From Hydrurus foetidus (lineage: Eukaryota), in assembly GCA_900617105.1 (NCBI GenBank), contig UYFQ01000852.1, positions 248,001-277,356 on the forward strand: a stretch of 29,356 nucleotides of DNA, in the 5' to 3' direction. Position numbers and translations under genes: made by a program. Numbering within the stretch: the stretch's first letter is position 1; every line of letters begins with the position of its first letter. The notes under the pieces were generated by a model. It was not told the origin of the DNA, made no database searches, and saw only the letters and a list, made by a program, of their open reading frames with translations. Of the stretch, positions 10,170 to 22,249 are shown piece by piece.

Positions 10170-11388
10170 CTATTGCGCCGAGATGCGGATCAGTTGGCCG
10201 TCGTCCTCGTCGGTAATGGCCCAGAGCGCGCCGTCCGATGCCACGGCGACGTCGCGGATGCGCTTGCCGAAGTCAGCGATCAGCCGCTCCTCGCCCACCA
10301 CCCGGTCGCCCTCGAGCACCAGCCGGGTAATCGACTTGCCACCCAGGCCCGCGATCAGCAGATTGCCGTTCCAGCCCGGAACATCGCGCCGGAATAGAAG
10401 GTCTGTCCGCCCGGGGCGATAACCGGATCCCAGTAATAGACCGGCTGCTCCAGACCGGCCTTGGCGGTGATGCCGTCGCCGATTGGCTTGCCGGAATACT
10501 CTTCGCCATAGGTGATGGTCGGCCAACCGTAGTCCTTGCCGGCCTCGGGGTGGTTCAACTCGTCGCCGCCCTTGGCGCCGTGCTCCACAGTCCAAAGGCG
10601 GCCCGACGGATCCAGCGCGGCGGCCTGCAGGTTGCGGTGGCCGGCGGACCAGATCTCGGGCTTCGCGCCGACCTTGCCGACATAGGGGTTGTCCGAGGGG
10701 ATCGAGCCGTCGGAATTGATGCGGATCACCTTGCCCATGTGCGAACCCGGGTCCTGGGCCTGCGGGCGCATCGGCCTGTCCGACCGCTCGCCGAGGGTGA
10801 TGAACAGGTGCCCGGCCGGATCGAACGCCAGCGAGGAGCCGAAATGCTTGTCCCCGTCATAGGTCGGCAAGGCCTGGAAGATGACGCGCACGTCTCCGAC
10901 CGAGGTGCCGTCGTCGGACAGCCGGCCACGCGCGACCGACGTGGCGTTTCCACCTCGCGCGGCTCGGCATAGCTCCAGAAGATCGTCCGGTCGGTCGCGA
11001 ACGACGGCGACAGGACCACGTCCAGCAGACCGCCCTGGCCGCGCGCATCGACGGCGGGCAGGCCGGTGATCGGCTGGCCGACCTGACCCCGGGGTGATGA
11101 TGCGCAGACGGCCCTCGCGCTCGGTCACCAGCCAGCGGCCGTCGGGCAGAAGCGCCAGCCCCACGGATGCGACAGGCCGGACGCGACCACCGCCGTCGTC
11201 AGAGCCCGTTCGGTGCGGACGGCCGGCGCGCGGGTCTGACCCGCAAAGGCCGGGTCTGGTTTGCGCCGTTGGCCGGACGCGTTTCGACCGGCGCGCCCGC
11301 GTCCGGAATCCGGGCTTGCCCACTGGCCTCGGCAGGCGGCGGCCAGGACGAGGATGGACGTCGAGGCGGCGAGCAGAAGCGGACGCAT
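10170..11388 (-). CDS. PQQ-dependent sugar (glucose/sorbosone, YliI-like) dehydrogenase, lipoprotein, frameshifted
   Basis: Lipobox [57 protein letters not shown]. Confidence 0.9.
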
Positions 11389-11433
11389 GGTGTTCTCCGG
11401 GTCTGTAGGGAATGTCTATGTCTGTCTGCCCCG

Positions 11434-11458
11434 AACGACGGCCGGGCTCCAGCGTTCC
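11434..11458 (-). promoter_or_regulatory. EcfG/sigmaT general-stress promoter
   Basis: Minus strand GGAAC-N16-CGTT, exact consensus, about 45 bp upstream of ATG 11388. Confidence 0.78.
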
Positions 11459-11570
11459 GGTGTCGCGGACGATCAGGTCGAATGCCGACTTGAACCGAAA
11501 GGGTGCGGACGATATACGCACGCCTCTCGCGCGCGGCCAAGGCCGCCCGCGCTCTGTCCTACGGGCCGGA

Positions 11571-11647
11571 GGCTGGGTAGCTCAGATGGTTAGAGCGGTG
11601 GATTCATAACCCACAGGTCGGCGGTTCGATCCCGCCTCCAACCACCA
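11571..11647 (+). tRNA. tRNA-Met (CAT), elongator type
   Basis: GGCTGGGTAGCTCAGATGGTTAGAGC..GGATTCATAACCC..GGTTCGATCCC..ACCA; 77-nt cloverleaf with encoded CCA; C3-A70 acceptor mismatch. Confidence 0.95.
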
Positions 11648-11649
11648 CT

Positions 11650-12034
11650 TCCACGATCATGATTCCTGACAGGATCGGCCGGGCCGCGCGGATCATGTCG
11701 TCCAGCCGGGCGGCCAGATCCGCGCCGGAGTCCGTCAGATACAGATGCCTGGAGACCGCTTCGCGGCTGTTGGCTGCCACAAAGAGCCATCCGCGCCCGG
11801 GTGGCAGCACCCCGGATCTTCCGCCCTGAGCAAGGCGCGCGAGGCCCGTGACGCGGTCGCGGCGGTCGTCTCCATCAGGGCCGCGAGTTCCTTGATCCGC
11901 ACGCCGGGATTCTCGGCGACGTAGAGAAAGGCCAGGACCTCAGATACTGTGATATCCGGTGCCAGCCGCCGCATCAGCACCAGACTGGCCAGAACCGTAT
12001 TGCGACGACGGCCGGAGGCGTCAGTCGTCGGCAT
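11650..12034 (-). CDS. MarR-like winged-helix transcriptional regulator, frameshifted
   Basis: ITVSEVLAFLYVAENPGVRIKELAALMETTAATASRASRAL..GWL..SRHLYLTDSG; as read, the frame runs to a stop at 11604 inside the tRNA, so the true end is uncertain. Confidence 0.72.
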
Positions 12035-12365
12035 AGGGTGGCACGACGATCGTCGGGGTGGGCGGCCGGCGCGATGCCCTGGGTTTGCGCCGTCGGATAT
12101 CCAGAACCGCGCCGGGGAAACGGCGCCGCAGCGCCTCGAACTGCAGTTGAACGGCTCCCGTCTCGCGGTCGGCTCCGGACTGATCCGGCGCATCGACGTC
12201 TATGGTTATGGTGGCCCTCAGCCGGATCGGTGCCTCCGGATCGGGTCCGGCAGGTTCCGGCTCGCCCTGCGAGCCTTCGGCCCCCGCAGCCTGCACCGCC
12301 AGAATCGCCCATCCGATGCTGGACTGGACAAGCAGCAGCAACTCCGAACGAAACGAATGGATCAT
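12021..12365 (-). CDS. Hypothetical protein, probably co-transcribed with the wHTH gene
   Basis: 114-aa ORF with core LRATITIDVDA..LQFEALRRRFPGAVLDIRRRKPR; 3' end overlaps the wHTH start by 14 bp; real start may be internal. Confidence 0.5.
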   Translation of the reverse strand: MIHSFRSELLLLVQSSIGWAILAVQAAGAEGSQGEPEPAGPDPEAPIRLRATITIDVDAPDQSGADRETGAVQLQFEALRRRFPGAVLDIRRRKPRASRRPPTPTIVVPPYADD

Positions 12366-12535
12366 GACCCGTGCCTCCCTTGTCGCAGCTCATCTTGATG
12401 TGGCACCGACATGCATGCCGTCACACAATACCCAAAACGGAGCGTGCGGTAAGTCCAACCGCAAAGCTTGGACAAACGGTGTGATAACGAGTCGCATGGA
12501 CGTAGCGGAGGATGGGGTTGCCGGTGCGCTCAACC

Positions 12536-12560
12536 GCAACCGATCGGTCCGCGTGGCGTT
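12536..12560 (+). promoter_or_regulatory. EcfG/sigmaT-like promoter
   Basis: GCAAC-N16-CGTT, one mismatch, 33 bp upstream of the lipoprotein ATG. Confidence 0.55.
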
Positions 12561-12593
12561 CACGGCAAAGGTTCATCCCTTCTCGAGGACATT

Positions 12594-12903
12594 ATGATCA
12601 AGCGCTCCGCCTCACTCCTGGCCGTCCTGGCCGTCACGTCCCTGGGAATGGCGGCCTGCACGCCGGCTGAACAGGAACAGACCGAAGCCCGGGCGGACGC
12701 CGCCGGCGACAAGGCCGGGTCACCGCTGACAAGGCCGGATCGGCCCTGTCCGAGGAAGCCTCCCAGGTCGGGTCGGCGATCGCCGCCGGAGCCTCGAAGC
12801 TGCCCAGGAGGTCGATGAGGCCACCGACGCCCTGGCCCGCAAGGCCGACGCGCAGAAGGCCGAGACGGCCACGGACAGCCAGGGCAACGCGACGCAGAAC
12901 TGA
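12594..12903 (+). CDS. Small Ala/acidic-rich lipoprotein, frameshifted
   Basis: GAGGA RBS; MIKRSASLLAVLAVTSLGMAAC lipobox; ends ..EVDEATDALARKADAQKAETATDSQGNATQN-stop. Confidence 0.72.
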
Positions 12904-12939
12904 CCGGCGCTCACGCGCGCCCGGGCCGGGTGGCGGGCG

Positions 12940-13621
12940 TCAGCCGCCCTCTGCCAGCACGGCGCTGATCAGCGCCCGGGCCTGCGGGCTCGACCAGTCC
13001 GCCTCGCCTGCGAACGCGGCACGATCCGCCCTGACGATCCAGAAGGATCGTCTGGGGCATCTTGCCCCTGCCCGGGAACTCGAACGGCAGCTGGAATTTC
13101 GGGTCGCTGTAGAAGGGCAACGGATCATGGACGTCGATGAAGCTCTTCGCATCGGCGAGCGCATCGGCTCCCGTCGACATTGACCGGCAGAACCACCACG
13201 TCGCCATCGGGATAGGCCTTCGCCAGGGTCGCCAGCGTGGGCATTTCGGTCCGGCAGGGCGCGCACCACATGGCCCACAGGTTGACCAGAACGACCTTGC
13301 CCCGGAAGTCGGCGAACCGGGTGTCGGTGCCGTCGCGGGTCTTGAAGACGTAGTCCGGGGCGATTTCGAGCGCGGCGGGCGTCTCCAGGGACGCGAGCGA
13401 TCCGGTGGCGAAGCGGGCCAGGGGCTTGGCGGGACGTCTTCCCCATACGGCGCGACGATCTCCACCTGGACGGCATCGTCGGCAATTCCAACTTTTCAGC
13501 TCGAACTTGGTGCCGAAGCCGTAAACCGCTACCAGCAGCGCCACGATGACGAGGGCGATCAATCCTGCGGCTACAAGCAGGGCAATCCCTAAGCCATTTC
13601 TCTTTTCTTCGGGGTTCGTCC

Positions 13622-13623
<2 letters not shown>
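12940..13623 (-). CDS. tlpA: TlpA family thiol:disulfide oxidoreductase, frameshifted
   Basis: N-terminal TM, DFRGKVVLVNLWAMWCAPCRTEMPTL, MPQTILLD, GEADWSSP; divergent from argH; start uncertain. Confidence 0.85.
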
Positions 13624-15039
<1,416 letters not shown>

Positions 15040-15043
<4 letters not shown>

Positions 15044-15275
15044 AAAGCTTATCGTCGCGGGCGCGCTCGCCCTGACCGCCCTGGCCGCCGCCGGCTGCGG
15101 CCGGATGGCGGACCTCGAGACCCTGCGCCGCGCCAGACCGAGCGCGCGCCGCGAGACGCCCGCGCCCCGACCTGCCCGATCCCGCGACCGTCAACCGTCC
15201 GTCCAGCCAGATTCCGATCGATGGCGGCCCGTCGAACCCGTTCGGCTCGCCCGCCGCCGCGCTGATCCGCGATAG
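15040..15275 (+). CDS. Small lipoprotein between argH and lysA (YifL/LptM-like position)
   Basis: ATGA overlap with the argH stop; MK(K)LIVAGALALTALAAAGCGRMADLE lipobox; Pro-rich tail. Confidence 0.7.
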
Positions 15276-15288
15276 GTCGGCCAGCGCC

Positions 15289-16550
15289 TTGATCACTTCC
15301 AGCTGCGGGACGGCACCCTTCACGCCGAAGACGTGCCGCTCGATGCCCTGGCGGCCGAGGTCGGCACTCCGGCCTATATATATTCGACCGCGACCCTGTG
15401 CCGGCATTACGGCGTGCTGCGCGCCGCCGTCGACGCCCACCCGGCCGCCTTCGGCGACGCCGCTGATCGCCTTTGCGGTCAAGGCCAACTCCAACCTGTC
15501 GGTGCTGGCGACCCTGGCCCGGCCTGGGCGGGCGCGGACACGGTGTCCGAGGGCGAGATCCGTCGCGCCCTGAGGCGGGCGTCCCGGCGACCGGATCATC
15601 TTCTCCGGCGTCGGCAAGACCGATGCGGAGCTGGCCTATGCGCTCGACGTCGGCGTGCGCCAGATCAATGTCGAGAGCCCGGCCGAGCTGGACCGCCTGA
15701 TCGCCGTCGCCGCCGAGAAGCCTGCCCGACATCGCCATCCGCGTGAACCCCAGTATAGGCGCGGGCGGCCATGCCAAGATCACCACCGGTGGCGAAGGCG
15801 ACAAGTTCGGCATCCCGGCCGACGAGGCCCTGGCGCTCTATGCCCGCGCCGCCGCCAGCCCGCATGTGACCCCGTCGGTCTGGCCTGCCATATCGGCAGC
15901 CAGATCATCGACCTGACCCCTCTGGAGGCCGCCTTCCGCCTGCTGCGCGATATGACCCTGACGTTGCGCGGACGGGGGCCTGTCGGTGACCCGGCTGGAT
16001 CTCGGCGGCGGTCTGGGCGTGCCCTATTCGGGCGAGGCCCAGACGGCATCGGTGGCCGACTATGCGGCCATGGCGGCGGGCGTGCTGGAGGGCTGGAGGT
16101 CGAGGCCGCGTTCGAGCCCGGCCGCCTGCTGGCTGCCAATGCCGGCGTTCTGCTGGCCCGCGTCATCCAGGTGACCGAACGCGCGGACGGGCGACGCTTC
16201 CTGGTGCTGGACGCCGCCATGAACGACCTGATCCGCCCGGCCATGCGACGCCTTCCACGAGGTGAAGCCGGTCACGCCCGCGACGGCGACTGGATCGCCT
16301 GTGACATCGTCGGCCCGGTCTGCGAGACCGGCGACACCTTCGCCCGAGGCCGCGACCTGCCGCCGCTCCAGGCCGGAGACCTGGTCGTCTTCACCGGCGC
16401 CGGAGCCTATGGCGCGGTGATGTCGAGCGAATACAACTCCCGCCCCTGGTGCCGGAGGTGCTGGTGGATGGCGACTGCCGGGCCGTGGTCCGGGCGCGGC
16501 CGACGTATGAGGAGATGCTGGCGCGGGAAACGGTGGCGGGTTGGTTGTGA
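15289..16550 (+). CDS. lysA: Diaminopimelate decarboxylase, frameshifted
   Basis: GTPAYIYS, FAVKANSN, ADTVSEGE, INVES, CHIGSQI, LDLGGG, EPGR, VGPVCETGD, GAYGAVMSSEYNSRP. Confidence 0.95.
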
Positions 16551-16584
16551 CGGCAGCGACGGCTCCGTTCCGGATCGGTCACAG

Positions 16585-17070
16585 CTAGCGGTAGTAGGGT
16601 CGCGGTTCCAGATCAGCCGTGCAGGCTGGATACGAGATGTTCAGGGGCGAGACGAGCCGCGCGCTGGCGTCGCGCTCAGCATCGGTACGGATGACCTGAC
16701 CCTCGATCCGAAGCGGTGTTGTTCGGCCCTGCACCCAGGTCGTGTCACGGAACACCCGCAAGTCGCTCGCCATGGGTACGGTAATCCGCAGTTCGCCGTC
16801 CCTGAGCGCAGAGATCGGCGCGGCCCCGTTCTGATAAGTCGCGACGGCGTTGCACCCGCGTTTGGGGTGGCAAAGTTCGACCACCCAGATGTCGTCGGAC
16901 GGGATACCCGCCGAGTATTTGCTGAGGCGTACCAGGAGATCGGGTGCGATCAGTTCACCGCCGCAGTGCTGAGCACTGGGGACCGCCTGCGCCACCCGCT
17001 CGCTATCGCAGCCCGTTAACGCAAGCGCGGCCATCGAAAAAAGCCCGCAAAGCGCCTGTTGATGGCCCAT
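16585..17070 (-). CDS. Hypothetical lipoprotein
   Basis: Intact 161-aa ORF with lipobox LALTGC and several further Cys; visibly lower GC3 than its neighbours. Confidence 0.55.
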   Translation of the reverse strand: MGHQQALCGLFSMAALALTGCDSERVAQAVPSAQHCGGELIAPDLLVRLSKYSAGIPSDDIWVVELCHPKRGCNAVATYQNGAAPISALRDGELRITVPMASDLRVFRDTTWVQGRTTPLRIEGQVIRTDAERDASARLVSPLNISYPACTADLEPRPYYR

Positions 17071-17142
17071 GTCGAAATCCCGTTGTCGTCTACCCCTTCA
17101 AAGCATAGTTGTACGACAGACCGTAGGACCGGACGATTTTTG

Positions 17143-18037
17143 GTCTTGGGCTGCAGAAACCGTGTCACCGCCGCCAGGAACCGGCCCGGCTGGTCGATCA
17201 TGACCATGTGCTCGGCTCCCTCGATGCGCTCGAAGCGGGCTGGCCAGGGCGGGTGCGGTATCCGGCCTGGAACAGGCCATCCAGGTCACGACCGGGGCGA
17301 ACGGTCGTCGGCGCTCCAGCCATAGACGACGGTGACGGGGGCGGCGATGTCGGGCAGGCGGCTGCGCAGGTCGGTGGTCATGACCTCGTACAGCCCCTGG
17401 GCCAGGACCTGCCGGTCGCCGCCCTGCCAGCCGACGGCGGAGACGCTGTCGAGGCCCCGCCGAGCTGGTCGCAGGGCGGACCCCTGCATGCGCGGGAGCC
17501 TCGTCGCCAGGAACAGCGGGGCCTGATAGGCGATCCGCGCGATCGGCTCGACGTCGCCGAGGGTGGCCCAGGACTGATCAGGGACGGAAAGAAGGGCGTG
17601 GCGTCCACCACCATGACCCGGCCGACGGTGCCGCCCCGCCAGTCCCGCCCGGCATCGGCCGCAGCCCGTAACGCCACCAGACCGCCCATGGGTGGCCGAT
17701 GATGGCGGGTCGGTCCAGCCGCGCCTCGGCGATGTAGCGGCGCACTTCGGATGCCACCGGCGCGACCAGGGCTCCAGCGGTGTTGGCCCCGGCGATCACG
17801 TCGCCGATCCCCGGATCGAGACGATATGGACCCGGTGGTTGTCATCCGACGATCCGCCGTGCGCCGCCAGACCTCGCCGGTCGAGGCCAGGCCGGGGATC
17901 AGGATCACGTCGGTGCCGCTGCCACGGACGGAGACCACGATGCGGTCGGGTGAACGGCCGGGCCTGACCCTGGGTCCGGGCCACGGCCATGCCGGGCAGG
18001 ATCAGCAGGGCAGGATCAGCAGGAGGAAACGGTGCAT
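17143..18037 (-). CDS. Alpha/beta fold hydrolase, secreted, frameshifted
   Basis: Signal peptide, DVILIPGLAS, IIGH(x)MGG nucleophile elbow, VMVVDA, HMVMIDQP..FLAAVTRFL; 3' end approximate. Confidence 0.82.
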
Positions 18038-18134
18038 GGCGAACCCCTGAACGGCCATCACGGCATTTGGTTGGCACTTGAAATCTGCGTCGCACAGGCG
18101 TGAACTGTGCGGAACAACCTCCGGGGAGGATGCG

Positions 18135-18637
18135 ATGCGGCTGTTCTACAGGTTCACGATCCTGGCGGCGATGAGCGGTGCCCTGGCCATGGCGGGATCC
18201 GCCGCGGCGCAGGATGCGCCGGCACAGCAGGAGGTGCCGGCGGCGACCCCGACCCGCCGGTACCCGCCGGCCCGGACCGGTGGGTCTTCTCGCGCTCGGA
18301 CCAGCGCGGCTATCTGATCGATGTGAACGGTATCGTGCGGACCGGCGACGAACTGTCGTCACCATCGCCCGGGTTCCGCGCCAGGCCGATCCGGCCGACT
18401 ACAGCCACACCCCAGGAGATCTTCGGCATCCGGTGCCGCCCGCGAGACGCCGTCGATCGGTCGATGGATATCCTCGGGGACGGTGCGCCGACCGAGGGCC
18501 TATGACACCGGGGAGCCGTGGGAGGCCATTCACCCCGCCTCGCTGGACGAAGGGCCATGAATATCGCCTGCGAGGACCGTCGCCCGCCCGGGCCGTCTAT
18601 CGAGCATCAGGCCTGGATCGACGCCGGCCGGCCCTGA
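18135..18637 (+). CDS. Secreted hypothetical protein (surface-adhesin E-like), frameshifted
   Basis: GGAGG RBS; signal peptide MRLFYRFTILAAMSGALAMAGSAAAQ; YLIDVNGIVRTG..GIRC..IAC two-Cys pattern; family call is by resemblance only. Confidence 0.6.
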
Positions 18638-18645
18638 GGCCCTGA

Positions 18646-18682
18646 AACGAAAACGGCCCGGGATCGCGCCGGGGCCGTCTCG
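18646..18682 (-). terminator. Intrinsic terminator between convergent genes
   Basis: ACGGCCCGGG/CCGGGGCCGT hairpin followed on the minus strand by TTTCGTTT. Confidence 0.7.
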
Positions 18683-18699
18683 TGTCACGTCGAAACGGA

Positions 18700-20888
18700 T
18701 CAGGCGGCGGCCTTCACCCGGCGAACGTGCCGTAGAAGGTCTCGCCCCTGGCCGCCATATCGCGCAGCAGTTGCGGCACGCGGAACCGGTCGCCGTAGCG
18801 ATCGGCATAGACGTCGGCCTGTCTCGACGAAGGCCTTGAGGCCGACGCCGTCGATCAGGCTGACGGGACCGCCGGTCCAGGGCGCGAAGCCCCAGCCCAG
18901 GATTGCGCCGACATCGGCTTCGCGCGGATCGACGATGACGCCTTCCTCGAAGCAGCGCGCGGCTTCCACGGCCTGGCGATAGAGAAGCCGCGTGCGGATC
19001 TCCTCGATCAGGGCCTTGTCGGCGTCTGCGGTGGTCACCGGCATCAGCTCGGCCAGGCCCGGCCAGATGCGCTTGGCGCCGCTTTCCGGATAGTCATAGA
19101 AGCCCTTGCCGTTCTTGCGGCCCAGGCGGCCCATCTCGACGACCATCTTTTCGAGGACCGGCGCGAACGGACGCTCCTCGTACTTGTCGCCGAGGTCCTT
19201 CTTGGTCTGCTCGCCGATCTTGTAGGAAAGGTCGAGCGCGACGTCGTCGTTCATCTCCAGCGGACCGCGCGGCATGCCGGTGGCGCGGCCGACATTGTCG
19301 ATGATCGCCGGGGCGATGCCCTCGGCCATCATTTCCAGGCCTTCCTGCACGAAGGTGCCGAAGCAACGCGACGTGTAGAAACCGCGGCTGTCATTGACGA
19401 CGATCGGGGTCTTCTTGATCTTCAGGACGTAGTCGATCGACTTGGCCAGAGCCTCCTGCGAGGTCTGTTCGCCCATGATGATCTCGACCAGGCCCATCTT
19501 GTCGACCGGCGAGAAGAAGTGGATGCCGATGAAGCTCTCGGGACGCACCGAGGCCTTTGACAGGCCGGTGATCGGCAGGGTCGAGGTGTTGGAGCCGAAG
19601 ATCGCCGTGTCGGCCAGCTGGGCTTCGGCCTTCTTGGTGACGTCGGCCTTCACTTCGCGGTTTTCGAACACCGCTTCGACCACCAGATCCGAACCCTTGA
19701 CCAGGGCGTAGTCGGTGGTCGGGGTGATCAGGGCCAGGACCTTCTCGCCCTTCTCGGCGGTCATCTTGCCGCGCGAGACGGCCTTCTTGACCAGGGCTTC
19801 AGCGTAGCCCTTGCCCTTGTCGGCGGCTTCTTGCGTCTGGTCGATTAGCACGCTTTCGATGCCGGCCATGGCCTGGACGTAGGCAATGCCCGCGCCCATC
19901 ATGCCGGCGCCCAGAACGGCGACCTTCTTGACGTCATAGTGCGGCACGCCGGCGGGACGGCCCGAACCCTTGCCCAGCTCCTGGAGGGAGAGGAACAGGG
20001 TGCGGATCATGCCCTTGGCCTGGGGCGTCATCATGGTCTTGAGGAAATAGCGGGTCTCGATCCGCAGGGCGGCGTCGAACGGCACCTGGGTGCCTTCATA
20101 GACCGCCTTCATGATGTTCAGCTGGGCCGGATAGTTGCCATAGGTGCTCTTGCGCAGCATGGCGTTGCCCATCACGAACACCTGACTGCCGCCGGGGCTG
20201 TAGGGGCCGCCGCCGGGCAGCTTGAAGTCCTTCTTGTCCCACGGCGCGACAGGGTCGCCCTTGGTCTTGACCCAGGTCTTGGCGGCCTCGACCACCTGAT
20301 CGGCGGCCACGACTTCATGCACGACCTTGGCGGCGAGCGCCTCGGCCGGCTTCATCGCCTTGCCTTCCAGCAGGTAGGGCGCGGCGTTCATCACGCCCAT
20401 CAGGCGCGGCAGACGCTGGGTGCCGCCGGCGCCGGGCAGCAGGCCGACCTTGGCTTCCGGCAGGGCCAGCTGGATCTTGGGGTTATCGGCCACGACGCGA
20501 TAGTGGCAGGCCAGGGTGATTTCCAGGCCGCCGCCCAGCGCCAGGCCGTTGATCGCGGCAGCCGGGCTTGCCGCAGGTTTCCAGGCGCGCAGGAACGCCG
20601 TTCAGCTTCAGCGCCGGCTTCGAAGGCGGCCTTCAGGTCGCCCGCGCCGCCGCCGCCCAGGCCGCCGGAGCCGCCCAGTTCGCCCAGGTCAGCGCCGGCG
20701 CAGAAGCCGGTCGTCTTGCCCGAGGTGATGACGGCGCCCTTGATGTTGGCGTCGCTCTTGATGGTCTCGACGACGTCGCCGATTTCCTTGATCACCGAAG
20801 CGGTCAGGGTGTTCATCGTCCGGCCGGGCACGTCGAAGGTGACCAGGGCCACGCCGTCGGAATCGACCTCGATCTTGAAGTTTTCCAT
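18700..20888 (-). CDS. fadJ: Fatty acid oxidation multifunctional enzyme (enoyl-CoA hydratase / 3-hydroxyacyl-CoA dehydrogenase)
   Basis: [56 protein letters not shown]; 597-aa intact segment; fadJ versus fadB not resolved. Confidence 0.9.
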
Positions 20889-20900
20889 GGTGTTAGCTCC

Positions 20901-22104
20901 TTAGACGCGTTCGATGACGGTGGCGGTGCCCATGCCGGCGCCGACGCACAGGGTGATCAGGGCGGTCTCCTTGTCGGAGCGCTCCAGTTCGTCGAGCATG
21001 GTGCTGATCAGCATCGCGCCGGTGGCGCCCAGGGGGTGACCCATGGCGATGGCGCCGCCGTTGACGTTCATCTTGTCGTGCGGGATGTCCAGCGCCTGCA
21101 TCATGCGCAGGACGACGGCGGCGAAGGCCTCGTTCAGCTCATAGAGGTCGATGTCCTTCACGCCCATGCCCAGGCGCTTGAGCAGCTTCTCGGTGACCAG
21201 CGACGGGCCGGTCAGCATGATCGAGGGCTCGCTGCCGATCGAGGCGGCGCCCTTGATGCGGCCGCGGGGCTTCAGGCCCAGGGCCTCGCCCATTTCCTTG
21301 GTGCCGATCAGCACGCCGGCGGCGCCGTCGACGATGCCCGAGCTGTTGCCGGCGTGGTGGACGTGATTGATCTTTTCCACCTGCGGATAGCGCTGGGTGA
21401 CCACGGCGTCGAAGGCCATCTCGCCCATGCCCGTGAACGAGGCGTTCAGCGAGGCCAGGGTCTGCATGGTCGTCGAGCCGCGCACGGTCTCGTCGTGATC
21501 CAGGATGGTGATGCCCAGCTGGTCCTTGACGCCGATGACCGACTTCTTGAAGCGGCCGTCGGCCCACGAGGCGGCGGCGCGGCGCTGGCTTTCGACGGCA
21601 TAGGCGTCGACGTCATCGCGCGAGAAGCCGTACAGCGAGGCGATCAGGTCGGCCGAAACGCCTTGCGGGGCGAAATAGGTCTTGAAGGCCGAGGACGGGT
21701 CGGTCGGCCAGGCGCCGCCGTCGCTGCCCATGGGCACGCGGCTCATGCTCTCGACGCCGCCGCCGATGGCCAGTTGGGCCTCGCCGGAGGCACCTTGGCG
21801 GCGCCATGTTCACGGCTTCCAGGCCCGAGGCGCAGAAGCGGTTGATCTGCACGCCGGCGACGCTCTCGGCGTAGTCGGCGGTCAGCACGGCGGTGCGGGC
21901 GATGTCCGAACCTTGCTCGCCCACGGGCGCGACGCAGCCGAGCACGACGTCATCGACATAGGACGTGTCGAGGTTGTTGCGGTCGCGGAGGGCTTCCAGG
22001 ACCTGGCTGGCCAGGGACAGCGAGGTGATCTCGTGCAGAGATCCGTCCTTCTTGCCCTTGCCGCGCGGGGTGCGCACGGCGTCAAAGATGTAAGCGTCGG
22101 CCAT
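20901..22104 (-). CDS. Acetyl-CoA C-acyltransferase (thiolase)
   Basis: [46 protein letters not shown]. Confidence 0.95.
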
Positions 22105-22143
22105 TTGGGTCCTTCCTCAATGAGGACGGATTCGAGCGTGAAG

Positions 22144-22174
22144 CGTCTAAAGCCTACGTTTACGTCAACGTCAA
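22144..22174 (-). promoter_or_regulatory. LiuR-type MerR operator/promoter of the thiolase-fadJ operon
   Basis: Palindrome TTTACGT-CA-ACGTCAA (22159-22174); minus strand TTGACG-N19-TAGACG, the long spacer typical of MerR promoters. Confidence 0.75.
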
Positions 22175-22249
22175 GTAATGGGCTGAGGTTGACCGGCCAC
22201 GCAGGCGAGTTCTGCCTCCCGGATACGCTTCGATCGGCCCTTTGGATGC

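Noticed and set aside
11571..12600. Prophage or integrative element at tRNA-Met
   Set aside because: No integrase, phage genes or duplicated att site found; housekeeping genes resume within ~1.3 kb
20568..21845. Long antisense ORFs over the thiolase/fadJ genes (also 13742-14812 over argH)
   Set aside because: Expected consequence of high-GC3 codon bias on the coding strand
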